From Octopus sinensis (lineage: Eukaryota), in NCBI RefSeq assembly GCF_006345805.1, contig NC_043011.1:60648464-60712463 (forward strand): a DNA stretch of 64,000 nt, written 5' to 3'. Made by a program: the position numbers and the translations under genes. Positions 37,811 through 51,124 of the stretch are shown in pieces. The notes below the pieces were generated by a model. The model was given only the letters and a program-made list of their open reading frames with translations. It had not been told where the DNA came from and did no database searches. Numbering within the stretch: position 1 is the stretch's first letter; each line of letters starts with the position of its first letter.

Positions 37811-38130
37811 ATGGTGGTGATAATGATAGTGATGATGATGATAATGATGATGATGATGATGATGGTAATGATGATGACGATGATGATGGTAATGATGATG
37901 ATGATGATGATGATGGTAATGATGATGATGGTAATGATGACGATGATGATGATGGTAATGATGACGATGATGATGATGGTAATGATGATGATGATGATGA
38001 TGGTAATGATGACGATGATGATGATGGTAATGATGATGATGATGATGATGATGGTAATGATGATGATGGTAATGATGATGATGATGATGATGGTAATGAT
38101 GACGATGATGATGATGGTAATGATGATGTA
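37811..38130. repeat. (GAT)n microsatellite with periodic GGTAAT/GAC interruptions
   Basis: Directly visible; 21-30 nt higher-order units. Confidence 0.95.
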
Positions 38131-38478
38131 TCATTATATATACGTTGTGCTGCAAGGAAAATATTGAAAGAAAAAAAATATAACAAAAGTACTGACAAAC
38201 TGAATCTTAAATGTTTTTGATCAAACATTATCTCAATCAAGACCAACCAAGGGTTAAGCAACAACAACAGCAGCAGCAGCAGCAACAACAACAACAACAG
38301 CAATACAGGCTTAAGTTTTTATTACATTAATTTTTTTTTCCGTCAATTCATTTCCCCAAGCTGAGTCTTTAAACATAGGTGAAAACTCATAATTTCCATA
38401 CAAATAATTGGATTTCTGATACTACAAATCTGCGTTTCTTTACTTGTTGCAATCAAAAGGGTGGTGGTGGTGGTGGTG

Positions 38479-38528
<50 letters not shown>

Positions 38529-38844
38529 GGTGTGGTGGTGGTGGTAGTGGTAGTGGTAGTGGTAGTGGTAGTAGTAGTAGTAGTAGTAGCTATGCTTAAT
38601 ATCGTTCAGACAGTGATAGTATTAACCCTCCAATATCTAAATTATCAAAATGCTACAAATAATTAAATTCAAATAATTCTTTCTACAAAGGCACAAAGTT
38701 AAAATTCTGCCGAGGTTGACTTCGTCTGTCATCCTTTTGGAGTCGATAAATTAAGTACAAGTGAGATCGACAAGTCCCTTCCCACAAAATTTCAGACCTT
38801 CTCCCTTCAGTAGAAAGAATTATTATTATTATTATTATTATAAT

Positions 38845-39135
38845 GGCACGGGGGCCAGGCGAGGCCATTGCCAGCCTCACCTGGCTCCCGTGCTGGTGGT
38901 ACGTAAAAGCACCATCCATCCGTGGCTGTTTGCCAGCTCCGTCTGGCACCTGTGCAGGTGGCACGTAAAAAACACCCACTACACTCACGGAGTGGTTGGC
39001 GTTAGGAAGGGCATCCAGCCGTAGAAACACTGCCAGATCAGACTGGACCTGATGCAGCCTTCTGGCTTCACAGACCCCAGTTGAACCGTCCAACCCATGC
39101 TAGCATGGAAAGCCGACGCTAAATGATGATGATTA
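38845..39135 (+). mobile_element. Family C retroposon
   Basis: Core GGCGTTAGGAAGGGCATCCAGCCGTAGAAA; tail CTAAATGATGATG running into (ATT)n. Confidence 0.85.
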
Positions 39136-39187
39136 TTATTATTATTATTATTATTATTATCATTATTATTATTGTTTTATTATTATT

Positions 39188-39405
39188 AAGGCGATGAGCT
39201 GGCAGAATCATTAGCACGGTGAACAAAATGCTTAGTGATGTTTCATCTGTCGCTACATTCTGAGTTCAAATTCCACTGAGGCTGACTTTGCCTTTCATCC
39301 TTTTGGGGTCGATAAATTAAGCACCAGTGAAACACTGGGATTGATGTACTCAACTAGTCCCTTCTCCATAAATTTTAGGCTCTGTGCCTTTAGTTAAAAG
39401 GATTA
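39188..39405 (+). mobile_element. SINE family B
   Basis: GGCGATGAGCTGGCAGAATC head and Meta-like core. Confidence 0.85.
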
Positions 39406-39414
39406 TTATTATTT

Positions 39415-39727
39415 TACGGAGATGTACTTGCACAGCGAGTGACTTGATCTGACATCGTGTGCTGGAACGAAAACAATTGCAGCGTGGAAGATGTTTATAA
39501 GACATTTAAGAAACACACAAAAACCGTTAGATTCACTTCAACATTTAAATTTAATTTGTCAAAATATTTTCGTCGCCTTGAGACCGCGACCTGTTCACTG
39601 AGAAAACTTCGTGCTGTATCGTCTCAAAGCGACGAAAATATTTTGACAAATTAAATTTAAATGTTGAAGTGAATCTAACGGTTTTTGTGTGTTTCTTAAA
39701 TGACTTATAAACATTTTCCATGCTGCA

Positions 39728-39730
<3 letters not shown>
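39415..39730. mobile_element. Fold-back element family E
   Basis: Unique end TACGGAGATGTAC (39415); ~110-bp inverted arms (39475-39585 / 39621-39730); lies within (ATT)n. Confidence 0.85.
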
Positions 39731-39763
<33 letters not shown>

Positions 39764-39925
39764 GTTATTGTTGTTGTTGTTGTTATTTATTATTGTTATT
39801 ATTATTGTTATTATTATTATTATTGTTATTATTATTATTGCTATTATTATTATTATTATTATTATTTTTATTATTGCTATTATTATCATTATTAATATTA
39901 TTATTATTATTATTATTATTATTAT
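39725..39925. repeat. (ATT/GTT)n microsatellite
   Basis: Directly visible. Confidence 0.95.
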
Positions 39926-40699
39926 GTAAAACAGTTTGATTCAGCTCCATCCAGCTTAAAGCTTTACAGATTTGTAAAAGAAACCTGTGAAACTTATAGT
40001 TGCCTAGAGCCAAATCAAACTGCTTTAAATAATACATGTAGTCCCTATTAAATATGTTGAGTGTTTTTTTCTTTCATTTGTCCATTTCTTTGTACACTGT
40101 TTCCACCCAGACTCCACCTACCAAATTCATTCACAAGGCATTGGTCAGCACAGGGCTATAATAGCAGACACTTGCCCAAGGTGCCATCGAGTAGGACTGA
40201 ACCTGGAGCTTTGCAATTGCAAAGCAAGCATCTTAACCACATGTCTATATCTGCATCTTTGCCAATAAATTCAACAACAACCAACAGATATTACAACTGG
40301 TTGCATGCAATAAACGTGTTAAAAATGCAAAGAATCGTAAGAACTCCTCCAAGTTTTCAATTTAGTAATTTTCTTCCAAGAAGCACGTAATTATTGAAAG
40401 TGTTAAAAATTCAAAGTGTCAACACTTAGGCATTATACGACTGCTTTAAATCCTACTTTGCAAAAGTAATCACAGAAACAATTTTGTTCTATATTAGTCA
40501 GGCTTGTGCAATAAACACAATGAGACAAGTTGAAGGCATTCTTTCATAATTTCCAATTTCGGAGCTCATTTTCCCCAAACAATAAATAATGAGTGGTTAA
40601 TTGAAAAAGTATGGACTTTCTCAGCTAACAGCATTTTATGTTTGGAAAGATTAATTTTGGTTGGACATGCTTTTCAGAATATCAAATATCCCACTGGTA

Positions 40700-41150
40700 T
40701 TTCTTTTGAATCATAAAAGTCAACTTACAGAGTCTTACTGAATGTTTTGAGAAAACCAAGTGATATTTTAGTGATATTTGGCTACTACGAAGAAAGAACA
40801 ATATTGATTGGCTGCAATGTAAAGGGGCAAAGGGCCATAGAAAGATCCTGGCTAGGAATATCTTTAGAAGAGCACATCTGAAATGAGATAATGCAAGAAC
40901 AGTGCAGAGTGAATGACGTGATTGTAGGAGACCGAAAACAAAATTTCTTTTGGGCCAGATAATTGTTAGGTTCAAAGATAAAAGGTAAGCCTGTGTAGTT
41001 GCCAAGTGTTATTCAAGAGTTGAGGAAAGGCCACTTGGAAGGCCTCCATGACAATGAGAAGGCAATCTGATTAAACAATTTAGGCCAAGATGTAAAAGAA
41101 GGATGCAGTCAAGAGTAAACTCAAAGCCCATTGTGACTAACAATATATAA
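40700..41150 (+). pseudogene. RTE-clade LINE, decayed RT C-terminal region
   Basis: With frameshifts: ..QRAIERSWLGISLEEHI*NEIMQEQCRVNDVI..FWA..IVRFKDKR*..VVAKCYSR..RPLGRPP..; matches MLG..LRD.IRNE.IR....V.D......KW.WAGH.AR..D.RW...V.EW.PR..KR..GRPP.RW. Confidence 0.7.
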
Positions 41151-43147
41151 GAACATCCAATAGTCTGGTTAAAAGTATATAGGTACAGGCATGGCTGTGT
41201 GGTTAAAAGCTTGCTTCCTCACCACAAGGTTCTGAGTTCAGTCCCACTGTGTGGCACTTTAGGCAAGTGAGTGTCTTCTACTATAGCCTCGGGCTGACCA
41301 AAGCCTTGTGAATGGATTTGGTAGACAGAAACCTACACCAGCATCGCATAACCAGCCCACTCAAAAGTACCTTGGATTGTAGGGTGACATGCCGTGCTTG
41401 AGGAGACCTATTGAGTCAAGTACATAAACATCAACATCAAATCAAATTACACTCAAATGGAAATTGTAGTTGTGACCCTCATGGCTTCTCAGACCTCAGT
41501 CGAACCATCCAACCCATGCCAGCATGGAAAATGGACATTGAATGATGATGACGATGATGATGATTATATATATGTATATATATGATATAATAATCATCAT
41601 TTATTTAACACACATTTTCATTCTTGTATGGATCACATGGAAGCATAGGAGGTAGACTTTTTTGTGGCTAGGTGTCCTTCCTGTCATTAAGCCTGATCTG
41701 TTTCAGTTTTAAAGAAAGGAAATATTTCCTGAAGACCAGGCATGTTTCCACAGAAGATTTGTAGTCATTTGTTTTATAATTTAGTTACCAGAAGAGGAGA
41801 ACTGGCAATGGACCCCAGCATGGCCAAAGTGCAGTTGAGTGGAACAAGTAAAAGATAACAGATAAGTGACAGCATTTGAATATGAAGGACTACGTTGCCA
41901 TTTTTTAAGACAATCAAGTATGATTTGAGGACGATTTGGCTGCTATTTCTAACGAGTCTAGCAGTCATTTACAGGCTTTCTCATTGACTCAACAGAAGGT
42001 ATGTTGTTGCTATTCAACCACAAGCCTCAAGTCTTGTCAGACCCATCTAGGACTGCATTATCTAATGTGTCCTTGCCTTGCTCACAATAGTCGCATGCTG
42101 TTTAAAGAACATTTGGCTGCTGTTTCTAGCAGATTAGATGATTACATAGACACTCTCTTGGCTCACTGAAAGTATGTTCTCAGACATTTTCATTTTATTT
42201 TTTTATCCTTTAGTGAAATATTAGAAAATTTGGTGCCATTCTGTATAATAAAGGCTGGCAGCTATTAATCTTTGATAGATGATATAAATTATTTCAAGAA
42301 CCTGTTAACAAATGCTGGAGGATTAACTTACATTATTAATAGTTAAGATGGTGTTAGCATATTTAATGCAGGGTGCATTGTCCGGAGTGGTTGTCACTTT
42401 ACTTGCTGAAATGTTCAAAATAATATTAATCAGTGATTAATATTGCTTTATCCTCACTGAATATTTATTTCCAATTATCAGCTTTCTGCAGTAAATATGT
42501 TAATGCTAACGCTATACATTCATCATGTTGCTGGCATCTCTGAATATATAGATTCCTTATTACAATATGATAGTTAATATTTTAGAAGTAGGGAGCAGTA
42601 AAAGGCTAAATAAAATTATTATGAGGTGATAAAAAAAAAAAAAACTCTTTGAGTCAAGGACTAATATTATTTTCACTTTCCTGGTAAGAAGGGGAGATAA
42701 ATCTAGATGTGTTTTAGTCTTATTTCAACCTCATCAGCAAACTATAGCCTTTGATAGTTGCTGAGGGATTTTCTTTAATTTTTGCTGAGTGTGGAGAAAG
42801 GGCAAGTGACCATTGCATTTGTGGGCCCTTCTTGACCAGTAAAATTAACTCCATTATAGATTCTCTTCAGCTTTTAGTTGAACAAATTGACCTTGGTACT
42901 TATTTTCTGAAGTTTGGTACATATTCTATCAGCCTCTTTTGCCAAACTGCTAAGTTTCAGGGTTGTAAACAAACCAACAAATACACACACACACACACGA
43001 TGGACTGCCATACAGTTTCCATCACAAGGAATTAGTCAGCCTGGAGCTATAGTAAAAGACATTTTTTCAAGGTACAGTGCACTTGGATTGAACCCAAAGC
43101 CACATGGTTGCAAAGCAAGTATCTTAACCACATATATCAAAAGCAAA

Positions 43148-44060
43148 AAAGGATGGAATTTGGATTTGGAATAGCTTTGATCATCAACATGACTGGAATT
43201 CTTTGATCATTCAGTTACAGAAAAGGTAGCAAAGATTCTTCTAAGAAAATATTTACACAGTTCCAGATAATGTAATCACAATACATCCTAAAACAGATGG
43301 GGTGGTCATAACTGGAACTTCTTTGATCAAAGTCATAACTGGAGTACCTTAGGTTATTCAGTTAGTCAAAGATAATTATTTTAGTTCCAGAAAATGCTTT
43401 TAAAAATAAATTCCCTCTAGTAGTAAAAACAAAAAAAAAAGAGAAAAAGGCAGTGGTGGCCATGGTTGGAATATCTTTGATCATGAATATTACTGTGTAC
43501 CTTTGATCATTCAGTTACTTAAAAGCAACAAAGATTTCTTTCTTAAATCTCTTCAGAGCTCCAGAAAATGCTTTGAGAAGGAAATTTCCATACATACATG
43601 GATAAATAAATACATAAATGAATAAAGATGGGATGTTCATGGTTGGAAAGCCTTTGATCATTTAGTTAGTCAAAAGTAGCAAAAGAAAAAATGTCTTTAT
43701 AATCCAAAATTATTTTAGTTTTAGGAGATGTTTTGAGAAAGAAATTCCCACACTCGAAAAAAGAAAAAAAGATGGAATGGTCATATCTAGAGAGCTTTTG
43801 ATCAATCAGTTATTGAAAAGATTAAATAGAAAAAAGTCTTCATTTTGCAAAATTATTTTAGTTTCACAAAATGCTTTGAGAGAAAAATTCTATCATATCA
43901 AAAAAAAAAAATAAAAGCATAAAATTGGATGGTCATGGCCGGATAGCCTTTAATCATTTGGTTATTCAAAACTAACATATTTTTTGTTTGTTTAAAGAAA
44001 ATATCTGCACATAGCAAAATTATTTCAATTCTAGAAAAGACTTTAAAAAAAGAAATTATT
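43148..44060. repeat. Degenerate tandem array, about 6 units of 145-176 bp
   Basis: Recurring GATGG.(A/G)TGGTCAT..GGAA..CTTTGATCA.TCAGTTA..AAAATTATTTTAGTT..GAAAATGCTTTGAG; unit starts about 43148, 43296, 43448, 43624, 43769 and 43925. Confidence 0.75.
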
Positions 44061-44484
44061 GATTAAAAGACACAAAAAAAAACATGAAAAAAATACTATT
44101 TTCATGCATTTTCCAAAAATTTATAAATAGGAAGTTATTGATATGCAATTTAGAATATTTGCTGCAATTTCAAAACTATAATAATTGAAACCAATGTGTC
44201 TATTATGCTATTATAATTTACCGTTTTTCAAAGACAGAAAATAAAAGTGTCTGGTGTGTGCGTGTGGGAGGTGGGGTGTAGGTCATCATTTTTATTGTTG
44301 GGAAATGGTTTGTTGTTTATTATCAGAAGAAATATGGAAGAAATTAACAATAAATGTAAATTTTCTGAAAGAATTTTAATCACAGAAGGATCTTGGTATT
44401 TGGTGCTTTCAGAGTTACTTTTAGCACCATTACAGTTCTTTGTACTTTTTTCATGTTAAGAAAATGTTGGTTGCTGCTGGTATC

Positions 44485-44638
44485 AGTATTATTATTATTA
44501 TTACTATTATTATTATTGTTATTATTATAATTATTACTATTATTATTATTACTATTATTATTATTATTACTATTATTATTACTATTATTATCATTATTAT
44601 TACTATTATTATTACTATTATTATCATTATTATTACTA

Positions 44639-44669
<31 letters not shown>

Positions 44670-44720
44670 TATTATTATTATTATTATTATTATCATCATT
44701 ATTATTATTATCATTATTCA
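44485..44720. repeat. (ATT/ACT)n microsatellite
   Basis: Directly visible. Confidence 0.95.
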
Positions 44721-45921
44721 ATGACTGTCTATTTTATTTTAAACAATAGTCAGATAATTACTGGATAAAACAAAATTAAAATTACATATGGACGTTTACA
44801 CACATTCACATACATGCATGCATAGGCGTGCATACACACATACGTACGCATACTGAAACACATACCTGCATATATATATAGGCACATATAGTCATACATA
44901 CACACATACTGAAACACGTATACATATATAGACATACACGCAGTCATACATACACACATATAAGCATACATATGCACACATGCACAGATTTATGTGTACA
45001 TACACACATACACTGACACAAATATACATAAAAACACTAACACATATACACACACATTCAAACACACACATATATACATGATCACACACACACAGGCACA
45101 TTTACACATGTTCAGTTACCACACACACACACACACAATGTTCAGACATCATACTCACACATACACATTCATGTACACACACAATGCTCACAGACATCAT
45201 ACACACACACACACACATTCATGCATGCACACATGCACATTCAGACACACATTCAGACACACATTCACGCACACACACACACACACACACACATACACAC
45301 AATGCTCAGATATCATACACACACACACACATTCAGACACACATACACACACACACACACATTCCTCCATTCATTTGCTGTCATTGTTATTAGAAAAACA
45401 ACAAAGAATCACAGAATGTCTTGAAGCCAAAGAATTCCTTGAGAAATAAGTAAAAAAAACAAGAAGAAAAAAAAAGAAACAACCCCTCAAACATTGCTTA
45501 TAATATCACCACCACCGATAATGATAATATCCACACCACAGACGAACAATTGAGTGAGAGACATATGAATAAAAACAAACAATAACCTGGTATAATGAAT
45601 AATAATGAATAAAGTGATAAAAAGAAAATGATATTAATGATGAATAATGAATAATGTGGAGACAGAAATGTGGATTTTGTGATCTTTGTTACTTTGGAAT
45701 AATTGAAGCATTGATGGTTTGTGTTGATTATCTTTAAGTCATCACTGAACCAGCAGATAATCGAGATATGGCCATCCCACCATTTTTGTTTCTCAGGGAT
45801 TACATTGTTCAGTTCTGAATTATTCAGCTACGTAGCTCACCTTGCCTTATCTTAATAATAATAAATCTTTCAACTATATGCACAGCGCCTGAAGATTTGT
45901 AAGATGTTCGTTGATTATATT

Positions 45922-46150
45922 GGCGAGCTGGCAGAAACATTAGCACACCGGGCGAAATGCTTAGTGGTATTTTGTCTGTCTTTATGTTCTGAGTTCAAAT
46001 TCTGCCGAGGTCAACTTTGCCTTTCATCCTTTCGGGGTCGTTAAATTAAGTACCAGTTTCACACTGGGGTCGATGTAATCGACTTAATCCCTTTGTCTGT
46101 CCTTGTTTGTCCCCTCTATGTTTAGCCCCTTGTGGGCAATACAGAAATAT
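45922..46150 (+). mobile_element. SINE family B, full length
   Basis: GGCGAGCTGGCAGAAACATTAGC head through GGGCAATACAGAAATA; an inverted partial copy follows (46160-46300). Confidence 0.9.
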
Positions 46151-46464
46151 ATATTGGCTTCAGTTCTTGACCGGTACTTTATTTTATTGAACCCGAAAGA
46201 ATGAATGGCAAAGTCAACCTTGACTAGATTTGAACTCAGAATGTAAAGGATCAAAAGAAAATACCCCTAAGCATTTTGTCCAGCATGCTAATGGTTCTAC
46301 GAGGTTTTAAAATTTAATACAAGACCAGACATTTCGCTGGAGAGGTGTAACTGACATCAACAATCCCAATAGTTGCTCCTTTATCAAGCTTAAAAGGCTG
46401 AAAAGCATATCTACCATCCATGTGGGGCATATAAGGGAATGAATAGCAGTTACTTCTTGGCCAA

Positions 46465-46860
46465 ACTCTTTACTCTTTTACTCATTTTAGTCATTTGACT
46501 GTTGCCATGCTGGAGCACTGCCTTTAGTCTTGCAAATCAACCCCAGGACTTATTCTTTGTAAGCCTAGTACTTATTTTATTGGTCTCTTTTGCTGAACCA
46601 TTAAGTTACAGGGACGTAAACACACCAGCATCGGTTGTCAAGCAATGTTGAGGGTCAAACACAAACACATAAATACACACACATACATATATATACATAG
46701 ATACGACGGGCTTCTTTCAGTTTCCTTCTACCAAATCCACTCACAAGGCTTTGGTCGGCCCGAGGCTATAGTAGAAGACACTTGCCCAAGGTGCCATGCA
46801 GTGGGACTGAACCCAGAACCATGTGGTTGGTAAGCAAGCTAATCTGTGTCACAGCCACTC
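46465..46860 (-). mobile_element. SINE family A, full length
   Basis: Reverse complement of the family A layout. Confidence 0.9.
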
Positions 46861-48512
46861 CACATAACATGAACTGATGAATGGAGACACAAATATTCCC
46901 ATCATTTAAAAATTTGTTTTGAATTCTCTTCACTCTGGCGTCTGTACATCAGAGCATGGATCATGTTCATGTCCTGGAACTTTAAGTAATGTGAAGCCAA
47001 TTAACATGTTATTAAATACTTAAAACTCTAAATGCCACTTGCTTGTGACTTTTATTTTTCCATCTATTCATTCATTCATTCATACACAAACACACATAGA
47101 TTAAAAAATAGTGTTCCTTAAATGAAAAATTGTTATGCATAAAAGAAATTTTTAAAAGTGCAGCTTAACACAAATCTGATGGAAGGAAGTTTTTGTGTAG
47201 GCACTTTTCACTCTTTACAGTTTTCCTAACATGTATGTATATATGTGTGTGTTTGTGTATCATCATTATCATTGTACATCTGCTTTCCATGCTGGCATGA
47301 GCTGGACAGTTTGATCTGGAAAGTCGGAGAGAGCCAGTCTCCAATTATCTATATTAGTCTGTTTCTTATGGCTTCCTAATGCTAATTATTTTACTGAGTG
47401 TACTGGGTGATGTTTTACATGGCACAGCCATGTAGCCATGTGTGTGTGTGTGTGTGTGTGTGCACGTGTGTGTGAACGTGTATATACACAGACACACACA
47501 CACACATATACACTATACGGTGTGTGTTTAGAAATTTATAGCTTCATGTATAAAAAATGTTTTTTCTTCTTAAATACCATTGAAACAAATCATGATTTAT
47601 AACCTATAAATCAACTGGTGAAATTTATTTTAAATAAATTTATTTCACAGAATTCCATATCATGGCAACGCAGGAACATGGAATCCTTAAAGCAAAGGAC
47701 GCCAGCAGAGATTGTTGTTTAGCTTCAGGTCAACATTGACCAAATTGAGAGAGAGAGAGAGAGAGAGAAAGAGAGACCTGTGATCAAATGGCTGAGCTAT
47801 GATTATCTGCATTTATTTTTTCCAAACAGTTTATCTAAGATTGCGTCATCCAAAGCACTAACCCTTTTCTTTCTTGTTTTTTTTTAGGGAGATTTAGCTG
47901 CTATTTCAATTTATATTCACTGCTTTCATCCATAGAACTACAAATATTCTACTTCTTTGAGTTGCTTTAGGTAACCTACGATCTCTAAGTCTATTCTATA
48001 CATGTTTTTACCACAAGCGCTAATAACAATACCGATAAAAACAAAAAATCAATAAATCCACATCATGACTTTCCTTCCTCCAAGAGAAAAGTTCAAAGAA
48101 CGGAACAAATAAAAGGCTATATTATAACTAAATATATGTTATGTTGCTCTGATATATTATTGTTCTGGGAGGAATGAATAACCTGGCATGGCTTTATTGA
48201 AGCCAAAATGGTTTGGAGTCTGACATAAAAGATTTGATAACGTCACAACGAGATTCACTTCCCGCATAAATAAACGAATAAGCAAAAAGATGTTGCTGCT
48301 GGTTTTTATAAACTTTTCACTCATGCAGAAACCATCGAGATTTATAAAATGAATGTGTCCATATATATATATATATATATATATATAGATATATATATAT
48401 ATAGATATATACATAGACACAGACATACATGTACATACACATAAATACACACATCCAAAGATACATTTATATGCATACAAACACATTTATGCAGTTTTTA
48501 CTAAGAAGGCTC

Positions 48513-48565
<53 letters not shown>

Positions 48566-49854
48566 TACATACACACACACACACATATATATATATGCAT
48601 ATATATTTACATATATATATATATATATATTTACACATATATATATATATATATATATACATACACACACACATATATTTACACACACACACAGACATAT
48701 ATATTTGCACACACACACATACATATATGTACACACACATACATATACATGCATACATTTATATTACACAAAGACACTTATATGACAAACAGAAAGTATT
48801 TCTGACCAGCTACAGTAACAACAACAACAGCAACAACCACCACATCAGGAGAAGGACAAACATCTACTTAAAAGGAGAGGCTACAGCCACAGACGAGGAC
48901 ATAAAATCTCTCTATCTGAGAAGAAATGATAACGGCTCTAATCTTCCTGTCAAATGATTAAATACAAAGCTGCAACTTGACCTGAAGCCATTGCTTGATT
49001 GCTCTCTTAAAAATAAGCAGCACAGATGTGGCAGGTGTTTACCACCCACGTTGAATCAAGCCTTCATTCCATCACGAAATCTTTTGCTGAGTGTTTTGTC
49101 ACGTTTGGCTATGGTCAGCCATAGTCTGTAACACATTATAGAGATGTTACATATCAAGCAATGTGTTGTGTGGAAGTAGGACACCCCTATTGGTTGGCTC
49201 TGAATGGACTGTGCCGCAATATAAATGGACATACGCAGAGAGTGTTCAGCAGTTTAATTTGAGAGTTGTGTATTGTGAAGGGTTATTGCCAATATCTTGA
49301 GTCGAATGGTTTGCATTATATTGTATGTTGAATGTGTGATACAACACAATGCTTGGGTCTGATGCTTTTCAAAATGAATAAAGGCCCAGCACAGGGCCAG
49401 CCCTATATTCTAAACAGTAAAAGAACCAGTCAACACCATTAGATGCAAATGAAATTGCATGTGTTACAGCAGTTTTCTTTCTACTAGAGAGATGTCTAAA
49501 CAAAGATGAGGGGTCTTTCACTTTCAGTTGTTGGATGGCCATTGACATTAACGAGGTCATCAGCCCTTTAATAGGTTTTGTTTTACATTCTGCAGGGTGT
49601 CCTACAAAAACCACTCTCCTCACCAAGCTAGATTGGTATGATTGCCAGTCTAGTCACTGACAGCCTGACATTACAAATACACAGTTCACTATGTAGAAAC
49701 ACAAAATGGTAAAGTATAACATTGGAATTTTAAACTCCAAATATTTTTGGAAAACCAAAGACAATCAACTTTCTGATAAGTTTTAAAAGCCAATTACTTA
49801 CCTTGTCAAATTTTATTGATATAATTTGTTGGATCTCTTGAATGCCAGACAATA

Positions 49855-50074
49855 TATGATGGGGTACCGAAAAGTTCCTGACTTTGGGTGAAAGAAAATA
49901 CAGGAGGATCTGTTAATTAGGATTTTATCCAACATATTCCCCTCTCAGATTCACTCATTTATTGCAGCAGTCCTTCAGTTTTTCTAAGCCCTGTAAAAGA
50001 ACTCGGAAGGTCAGGCCTTCAACCAAGCCTTTTGCAATAACCTTATAGCCAGGAACTTTTCATTACTCCCTTGT
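49855..50074. mobile_element. Tc1/mariner-type MITE
   Basis: TIRs TATGATGGGGTACCGAAAAGTTCCTGACT vs CACAAGGGAGTAATGAAAAGTTCCTGGCT (reverse complement of the right end). Confidence 0.7.
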
Positions 50075-50277
50075 GCAAGAGCAGGGTGTAGTGAAATAAC
50101 TGACAAACACCCCTGATGGTGCTGCCCCAGCATGGCCGCTATATAAAGACAGAGAAAGAGAGAGCCTGCAAGCAGATATTTCTAGGTATGTTTCATCTGT
50201 TCAAAGCGATTGTTTCCCTCCAAACAGATGGATTCGTTTAAAAAAAAAAGCTGACTTTTTGTAATCCCCATTACCAA

Positions 50278-50480
50278 CATTTTTACATCCACTTTTCCAT
50301 GCTTGCATGGGTCAGACAGAATTTGTTGGTGGAGATTTTCTATGTCCAGATGCCTTTTCTGTCACCAACCTTGCCCCTTTTTTTCCTAGCAAGGTAATAT
50401 TTCTCCCTGACCAGACATGCTCTCACAAAAGATTGCAAATGAACAACATCTCATGATTAATAATGACGCTCATTAACAGC
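50278..50480 (-). mobile_element. Short interspersed repeat family G
   Basis: CCACTTTTCCATGCTTGCATGGGTCAGACAGAATTT..GGATGCC..CCTGTC block; relatives near 2170, 41600 and 56890. Confidence 0.6.
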
Positions 50481-51124
50481 AAATTAAAATTTTCTTTAGA
50501 GAAATATAATATCATTATGAATTATTAAAAAAATCATTATCTCTCTGGATAATGATTTTTAAAAGTCTAGTGCTTAGAAATTAATTCCACCAATTAAAAA
50601 TAATAGTAATATTAAGATGATGATCAGGATATGAAAGTGTATAGGACTAATCACACAACATCTACAAAGCACCGATATCAGGCTGCGGCTTTGGAACCAA
50701 AATGATGGGAGGAAAGAAAACGGTTTATTATGATTTTCAATCAAACAACAACAACAACAGCAGCAACATCATCATCATCAGCAACATTTAACGTCCGCTT
50801 TCCATGGTAGCATGGGTTGGAGAGTTTGACTGAAAACTGGTAAACCAGGATGGGGGGCGTGGGGGGGTCCAATCTGATTTGGTAAGGTTTTTACAGCAGC
50901 ATATATGTGTGTGTGACTGTCTATATGTAAGTGTGAGTAAATGTGTGTGTGTCTGTTTGTGTCTATATGTGTGTGAGTGTGTATGAGTTCCTCCTAGCAT
51001 GTGGCATTTATGTATAGTAATGCCCTCAATATAAATAAATGTATATATATATAGATATACATATATATACAAATATTTATATATACATATACATATATAT
51101 ACATATACGTATATATTGTTGTCG

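Noticed and set aside
37666-38303. Poly-Asp, poly-His, poly-Ser and poly-Met ORFs
   Set aside because: All frames of a stop-free (GAT)n repeat; one starts inside a SINE.
38361-38378. 18-nt symmetric micro-exon candidate
   Set aside because: Weak donor (GTGAAA); no corroboration.
39551-40037. Poly-Asn/Ile/Leu ORFs (also 44380-44724)
   Set aside because: (AAT)n translations.
41987-42010. 24-nt exon-like segment with AAG|GTATGT donor
   Set aside because: Lies within a decayed copy of repeat F.
48429-48957. His/Thr/Ile/Tyr-rich ORFs (also 44994-45449, 26755-27145, 35910-36397)
   Set aside because: (CA)n and (TA)n translations.
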